Shown in pieces: positions 58,893-64,000 of a stretch of 64,000 nucleotides of DNA (its first letter is position 1; the number at the start of each line of letters is the position of its first letter). The stretch comes from Candidatus Marinacidobacterium sp. (GTDB taxonomy: Bacteria; Acidobacteriota; Vicinamibacteria; Marinacidobacterales; Marinacidobacteraceae). The stretch is taken from the NCBI GenBank assembly GCA_965204755.1, contig OZ242011.1, positions 3,840,001 through 3,904,000 of the forward strand, in the 5' to 3' direction. The notes under the pieces were generated by a model. That model saw nothing but the letters and a program-made list of their open reading frames with translations, ran no database searches and was not told where the DNA came from. A program made the position numbers and the translations under genes.

Positions 58893-60241
58893 GACGGGGA
58901 GTCGGCGGGTCGAAGTCGCTCCAGGATCCTCGTGTCGAAGCCGCCGGCCAGGAACTCTTCACTGCGAAGGATGCGGCGGTGGAGCGGGAGGAGGGTCTCG
59001 ATGCCCTCCACTTCCATCTCGCGCAGGGCGCGCCGCATCCGGGCGGCCGCGTGGGCCCGGTCGTCGCCGTGGGTGATGAGTTTGGCGATCAGCGAGTCGT
59101 AGTGGGGCGGGATGACCGCGCCGGCGTGGGCCGCTGTGTCCACCCGAACGCCGGGCCCGCCCGGACTCACGAAGGAGGTGATCCGGCCCGGGCGCGGCGC
59201 GAAGGTCTCCGGGTTCTCCGCGTTGATCCGGCATTCGATCGCCGCCCCCCGGATCTCCACCTCTTCTTGGCGGAACGAGAGAGGCTCGCCGGCGGCTACC
59301 CGGATCTGCTCGCGGACCAGGTCGAGGCCGGTGACCATCTCGGTCACCGGATGTTCCACCTGGATGCGCACATTCATCTCGCTGAAGTAGAAGTTCTGCT
59401 CGGCGTCCACCAGGAATTCCACGGTTCCGGCGTTGCGGTAACCGACGGCGCGGGCCGCCCGGACGGCGACTTCCCCCATTTCCCGCCGGACGGCCGGGTC
59501 GAGCCCGGGGGCCGGGGACTCCTCGATGAGTTTCTGGTGGCGGCGCTGCACCGAGCAGTCGCGCTCGCCCAGGTGCGCCGCGCCGCCGGCCGAATCGGCG
59601 AACACCTGCACCTCGATGTGGCGGACGCTCTCCAGGTACCGCTCCAGGTACACCTCGGGATCGCCGAAGGCCGCCTTGGCCTCGCTCTCGGCTTCGGCGA
59701 GCGCCGCCGCCATGCCGGAGCGGTCCGCCACGATGCGCATTCCCCGCCCGCCGCCGCCGAAAGAAGCCTTGAGCAGCACCGGGTAGCCGATCTCGTCGGC
59801 GGCGGCGAGCGCCTCGTCGGCGCCGGTCACCGGCTCCACCGTTCCCGGCAGGATGGGGACCCCCGCCTCCGACATCGTCTTCCTGGCCAGCGCCTTGTCG
59901 CCCATCGCGCGGATCGCCGCCGGCGGAGGGCCGATGAAGGTCACCCGACAGGCCTCGCACACCTCCGCGAGCGCGGAACTCTCCGCGAGAAAACCGTAGC
60001 CCGGGTGGACGGCGTCCGCCCCGGCGATCTCCGCGGCCGCCAGGATTCGCGGGACATCGAGATAACTGGCGTTCGGAGGGGCCGGGCCGATGCAGATCAA
60101 CTCGTCGGCGAGGCGCGCCGGGAGCGCGTCCCGGTCGGCGTCCGAGCAGGCGATCACCGTCGGAAGCCCCAGGTCGCGGCAGGCGGCGATGATCCGAACG
60201 GCGATCTCGCCGCGGTTCGCCACCAAGACTTTTCGGAACAC
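58889..60241 (-). CDS. accC: Acetyl-CoA carboxylase, biotin carboxylase subunit
   Basis: KVLVANRGEIA, HPGYGFLAE, GGGGRGMR, RDCSVQRRHQK, RIQVEHPVTE, YDSLIAK. Confidence 0.97.
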   Translation of the reverse strand: MFRKVLVANRGEIAVRIIAACRDLGLPTVIACSDADRDALPARLADELICIGPAPPNASYLDVPRILAAAEIAGADAVHPGYGFLAESSALAEVCEACRVTFIGPPPAAIRAMGDKALARKTMSEAGVPILPGTVEPVTGADEALAAADEIGYPVLLKASFGGGGRGMRIVADRSGMAAALAEAESEAKAAFGDPEVYLERYLESVRHIEVQVFADSAGGAAHLGERDCSVQRRHQKLIEESPAPGLDPAVRREMGEVAVRAARAVGYRNAGTVEFLVDAEQNFYFSEMNVRIQVEHPVTEMVTGLDLVREQIRVAAGEPLSFRQEEVEIRGAAIECRINAENPETFAPRPGRITSFVSPGGPGVRVDTAAHAGAVIPPHYDSLIAKLITHGDDRAHAAARMRRALREMEVEGIETLLPLHRRILRSEEFLAGGFDTRILERLRPADSPS

Positions 60242-60323
60242 GGGTTTTTGGCTGCTTCGCCCTAGGCCGGACCGGGGATGGCGACGGCGGCGCCCCGCCG
60301 GCCGCCTCGCCCGGGAAGCGTGG

Positions 60324-60812
60324 TCAGTCCGTTCGCAGGACGAAGAGCGGGTCGCCGAACTGCACCGGCGCGCCGTCCTCGGGAAGGATCTCTTCGACGA
60401 CGCCGGCGGTCTCCGCTTCGATGTTGTTCATCAACTTCATCGCCTCGATGATGCAGACGACCTGGCCCGGCTGCACCCGGTCCCCCGGGTTGACGAACGG
60501 TTCGGCGTCGGGGCGCGGGCGCCGGTAGAAGGTGCCGACCATGGGTGAGGGCACCGTCGTCCGATTCGGGTCTTCCGCCGCCGGAGCGGCCCCGTCGGGC
60601 GCCGGCTCGCCCGGCCGCGTCTCCGGCGCCGCCGGAACGGGCGCCGCGACCGCGGCGGCCGGAGCGGGGGCCGAGTTCGACGGGCCGCGCGACACCCGCA
60701 GGCGGGTGGCGCCGATCCGGATCTCGACCTCGTGGTAGTCCGTCGCCGAGACCCGGTCCAGCGCGTTCAGGAGCGCGGTGAGGGACGGTTCCTTGGGTGG
60801 AGGCGCGGACAC
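60324..60812 (-). CDS. accB: Biotin carboxyl carrier protein
   Basis: SPMVGTFY, IIEAMKLMN. Confidence 0.95.
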   Translation of the reverse strand: MSAPPPKEPSLTALLNALDRVSATDYHEVEIRIGATRLRVSRGPSNSAPAPAAAVAAPVPAAPETRPGEPAPDGAAPAAEDPNRTTVPSPMVGTFYRRPRPDAEPFVNPGDRVQPGQVVCIIEAMKLMNNIEAETAGVVEEILPEDGAPVQFGDPLFVLRTD

Positions 60813-60848
60813 GGGAGGCCGCGGCCCCGGCCGCGGACAGGAGGGAAA

Positions 60849-62900
60849 TTAGCATGGATTCGGCGGTTTTCGCGCCCGATTCTCGGGTTTTCCGAGCGAT
60901 TCGGCCCCCGGTTCCGGTCGCGTGTCCGGCGCTTCGTCCGCTCCGGGCGCGGCGGGGACGGTCACGATCCGGGGGGTGAGGAAGATGAGCAGTTCCTCGT
61001 CGCGCTCCGTCCGCTCCACCGAGCGGAAGAGGTGCCCGAGCAGCGGAATCCGGGAGAGGCCCGGCACCCGGCGCTCCTCCTTCGACTCGCGGGTCGCGTA
61101 CACCCCGCCGAGGACCGCCGTCGAGGCGTCGTCCACCCGGATGCGGGTGGCCGCCTGCTGGGTGACGATGCTGGGGATGCCGCCGACCGCCTGGCCGAAG
61201 TCGAGTTGGTCGTTGTGGATGGCGAGGTCGAGCAGCACCGTGCCGTCCCGGCTGATCCAGGGCGTGACCGTCAACTCGAGCACCGCTTCCTGGAACTGCA
61301 CGGTCACCGTGTTGTTCGCCACCACCTGCACCGGGAAGGTCACGCCCTGCTTGATGGTGGCCGGCCGGGCGTTTTGGGCAGCGATCCGGGGAGCGGACAG
61401 GATCCGGACCTCGCCGGCGCGCTCGGCGGCGGTCAGGGCGAGGTCGAGGTGGGCGTCCCCGCCGAGCGCGCCGAGTGCGATGCCGAGCGCCCCGGTCGCG
61501 GCCCCGCTGATCGGGAGGTTCACCCCGTAGCCGGGCCGGTCGCCCCCGGCGCCCGCCGGCGGCGAGAGGCCCCCTCCGCCGGCGGCGTCGAAGTTGCCGC
61601 TCCCTTCCGCGCCGATCCCGTCCGCCCCGATGTGGATCGAGGAGGGGACGGCCTTTCCGGTCTCGGCCTGGAATCCCGCCCCCCACTGGATCCCCAACTG
61701 CCGGGCCAGCGTCCGGGTCGCCAGGACGATGCGGGCCTCGATCTCGATGCCGGGAACCGGGATGTCCAGCGCGCCCAGGACCTCGGCGATCTCCTCGATC
61801 CGGGGACGGACATCGCTCACGATCACCGTCCCGGTGCGGGGGTCGGCGATGATCCGGCCCCGCTCCGAAAGGCGGGTCTCGAGCGCTTCGCGCACCTCCT
61901 CCGGCCGGGCGTACGCCAGTCGGCGGCGCAGGGTCACCCGCTCCCCGGCGAGGGACCGGGCTTCTTCCTGGCGGCGGCGCTCGACCTGCTCCTCGACCAG
62001 GTCCGCGAGCGACCCCACCCGCAGGACGCCCCCTTCGAGCAGGTAGTCGAGCCCCCGCGAGCGCAGGATCACCTCGAGCGCCTGGTCCCAGGGAGTCTCG
62101 GTGAGCCGTAGGGACACCCGACCGGCGACCCCCGGCTGGAGCACGAAGTCGAGGCCGCTCACCTCGCTGAGCATCCGGAGGACATCCCGGAGGTCGGCGT
62201 CCCGGAAGTCGAGGGTCACCGGCGCCCCCCGGAACGGCGGCCCGTACCCCGGGGTCGTCCCTTCGCCGCCCTCCCCCGGCGGCGCGCCGGGCCCGGTTCC
62301 CGGCGGAGGGCCTCCGGCGTCTTCCGGGATCGGCTCGGCGGAAGGATCGGCTCCGGGGGTCGGGGGGCCGCAGCCGATCTCGACCCCGTCGGCGGCCCGG
62401 GAGAGGTCGCAGACCGCCCCGTCAGCCAAGTCGAGCGCGAGCAGCCAACCGCCGGCCGGCCCCTCCCGGACTTCCACCCCGGTCACCTCCGGGGCGCCGG
62501 GGTCGAAGCGGCCCGCCAGGGCGCCGAGTTCGGCCTCCGGAAGGGCGACCAGGAGCCTCCCGGCGACCCGGCGAAAGGACACCGGGCCGATCTCCGCCCC
62601 GCCGGAGAGCCGCACCGAGGTGCGTCCGTTTCCCGCCACCACTTCCAGGGCCGGCGGGGACTCCCCGCCGGCCGACTCTCCCGGTCGTTCCCCGGGATCC
62701 GCCGCTTCCTGGCCACTCTCCACCTCCCCTGCCCCCGGTTGACCGCCGCCCCCGCCGGCAACGGGACCGCCCGCTTCGGGCCGGCCACCCGCGATGCCCG
62801 CCGTCGGCGCCGCCGGCGCGGGCAGCAGGGCGCCGAACGCCGCGCAGAGGAGCGCCGCCGCGGCGGAGGCGGGAGGCCTGCGAGGAGACGGCCGGCTCAC
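60849..62900 (-). CDS. pilQ: Type IV pilus secretin
   Basis: G.PVTLDFRDADL, PWDQAL, IEARIV, LGIQWG, ILSAPRI, LELTVTP, VPGL..IPLLG.LF, ELLIFLTPRI. Confidence 0.95.
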   Translation of the reverse strand: MSRPSPRRPPASAAAALLCAAFGALLPAPAAPTAGIAGGRPEAGGPVAGGGGGQPGAGEVESGQEAADPGERPGESAGGESPPALEVVAGNGRTSVRLSGGAEIGPVSFRRVAGRLLVALPEAELGALAGRFDPGAPEVTGVEVREGPAGGWLLALDLADGAVCDLSRAADGVEIGCGPPTPGADPSAEPIPEDAGGPPPGTGPGAPPGEGGEGTTPGYGPPFRGAPVTLDFRDADLRDVLRMLSEVSGLDFVLQPGVAGRVSLRLTETPWDQALEVILRSRGLDYLLEGGVLRVGSLADLVEEQVERRRQEEARSLAGERVTLRRRLAYARPEEVREALETRLSERGRIIADPRTGTVIVSDVRPRIEEIAEVLGALDIPVPGIEIEARIVLATRTLARQLGIQWGAGFQAETGKAVPSSIHIGADGIGAEGSGNFDAAGGGGLSPPAGAGGDRPGYGVNLPISGAATGALGIALGALGGDAHLDLALTAAERAGEVRILSAPRIAAQNARPATIKQGVTFPVQVVANNTVTVQFQEAVLELTVTPWISRDGTVLLDLAIHNDQLDFGQAVGGIPSIVTQQAATRIRVDDASTAVLGGVYATRESKEERRVPGLSRIPLLGHLFRSVERTERDEELLIFLTPRIVTVPAAPGADEAPDTRPEPGAESLGKPENRARKPPNPC

Positions 62901-63415
62901 GGGGTGTCCGGCCGCGGATCGGGCGGCGAGTCCGGCGGCCCTGTCGAGAGCGGGCGGAAGATCTCGTTCCCCGGCCGGCGGTTCCCCCGGAACACCGCGC
63001 CGTCCTTCTCCACCCGAAGCAGGACGCCGTCCAGCAACTTCGCCCCCGGGGACGCGACGAAACCGCGTCCGTCCGGCGCTTCCAGGATCACGGAGTCGCG
63101 GCGGCCCGGACGATCCGGCGCCTCGGAGCCCTCGGCGGAGCCCGACCGCCGGAGGATTCCCCGGACCGAGGCTTCCACGATCCGCAGGCCCGCCAGCCCC
63201 GGCGGCCGCTCCTCGGGCCCGGCCCGCTCCGGCGGTCGGAACGGATCCCGCCCCTCGGCCGGCTGCCGGCCGGGAGCGGGGGACTCACCGGCGGTCGCCG
63301 GCGGGAGGGCGGCGGCGGAGAGGCCCGCGGCGAAAACGGCGGCCCGGAGGAGGGAATGGAGGAGCAGCGGTTTCCCGAGGCGCGAGAGAGGTCGCAGAGC
63401 CTCTCGGAGCCTCAC
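62897..63415 (-). CDS. PilP-like pilus assembly protein
   Basis: GRDPF, GL.I.E..VRGIL, ILEAPDGRGF, G.KLLDG; lies between pilO and pilQ. Confidence 0.75.
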   Translation of the reverse strand: MRLREALRPLSRLGKPLLLHSLLRAAVFAAGLSAAALPPATAGESPAPGRQPAEGRDPFRPPERAGPEERPPGLAGLRIVEASVRGILRRSGSAEGSEAPDRPGRRDSVILEAPDGRGFVASPGAKLLDGVLLRVEKDGAVFRGNRRPGNEIFRPLSTGPPDSPPDPRPDTP

Positions 63416-64000
63416 GGCGCGGCCCCGGGGACATCGGCGTCGAAGGGTTCGTCGAGGGAGAGGACCGAAATCCGGATCCGCCCCCGGAGCCGGCCCTCCC
63501 CCGCTCCGGAGTCCGCCAGTTCGAATTCCTCCGCGAGGACGAACCGCGGTATCTCGGCGACCCGTTCGAAGAACCCGACGAAGTCGAAGTAGGTTCCTTC
63601 TGCGTCCAGGACCCCGACCCGCGCGGTGTAACGGCCGACTTCCCGCTCGCCCTCGGGCGCGAACCGACGAACGGCCAGCCCCTCGTCGCCGGCGAGGCCG
63701 GGGAGCGTGTGGAGGAGTTCCTCCGCCTCCGAGGGCGCCGGCGCGAGCGTCCCGAGCCGCGCCAGCCGCCTCCGGCTCCGCTCGAGTTCACGGGCGACGG
63801 CCGCGGCGTCGTCCGGCGGCGCCGCCTCCGGGGCGCCCGACGCCGCGGCCTGCCGGTTCCGCTCGGCGATCTCCGCCGTGAGCCGGGCGCTTTCGTTCCG
63901 GACCGCCTCCAGCGCCTCCCGCCGTTCCGGGAAGAAGACGGCGCGGTAGCCGAACCAACCGAGCGCGGCCGCGGCGAGCAGGGGGAGGGCGCCGGCGGCG
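63412..64000 (-). CDS. pilO: PilO-like pilus assembly protein (5' end outside window)
   Basis: Manual translation: TM segment, coiled coil, P...E.EELL..L...A...GL.VRRF.P, EGTYFDFVGFFERVAEIPR; stop overlaps the pilP-like start. Confidence 0.8.
   Translation of the reverse strand, partial: AAGALPLLAAAALGWFGYRAVFFPERREALEAVRNESARLTAEIAERNRQAAASGAPEAAPPDDAAAVARELERSRRRLARLGTLAPAPSEAEELLHTLPGLAGDEGLAVRRFAPEGEREVGRYTARVGVLDAEGTYFDFVGFFERVAEIPRFVLAEEFELADSGAGEGRLRGRIRISVLSLDEPFDADVPGAAP

Overview
GC-rich (roughly 70% by eye) bacterial chromosomal segment. An Acidobacteria-type VWA protein, bshC and the pilus gene layout point to Acidobacteriota. Sel1/TPR/HEAT repeat proteins and a large Ig-like repeat protein fit a host-associated, possibly sponge-symbiont lifestyle (inference). 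The backbone is housekeeping (yitJ, argS, lepB, bshC, metH, msrA, ctpA, tatB/tatC, ubiE/menG, pyrG, kdsC, coaE, folD, thiE, accBC) plus a type IV pilus system in two blocks. Single conflict-type genes are scattered between core genes: an AAA ATPase, two DUF429-like nucleases, an orphan SPPY DNA methyltransferase, an ART-like toxin/partner pair and a PBECR2-like RNase. The most striking locus is 55195-56540: a stand-alone BECR-fold RNase gene followed 3 nt after its stop by a ~140-nt structured RNA-like element. A second, structure-conserving copy of that element lies behind a decayed paralogous gene end, suggesting a candidate RNase toxin / RNA antitoxin cassette array. Also seen are two copies of a 221-bp MITE with TTAG target duplications and an apparent window-wide depletion of AGCT and ACGT. 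All calls come from reading motifs by eye; no searches were run.
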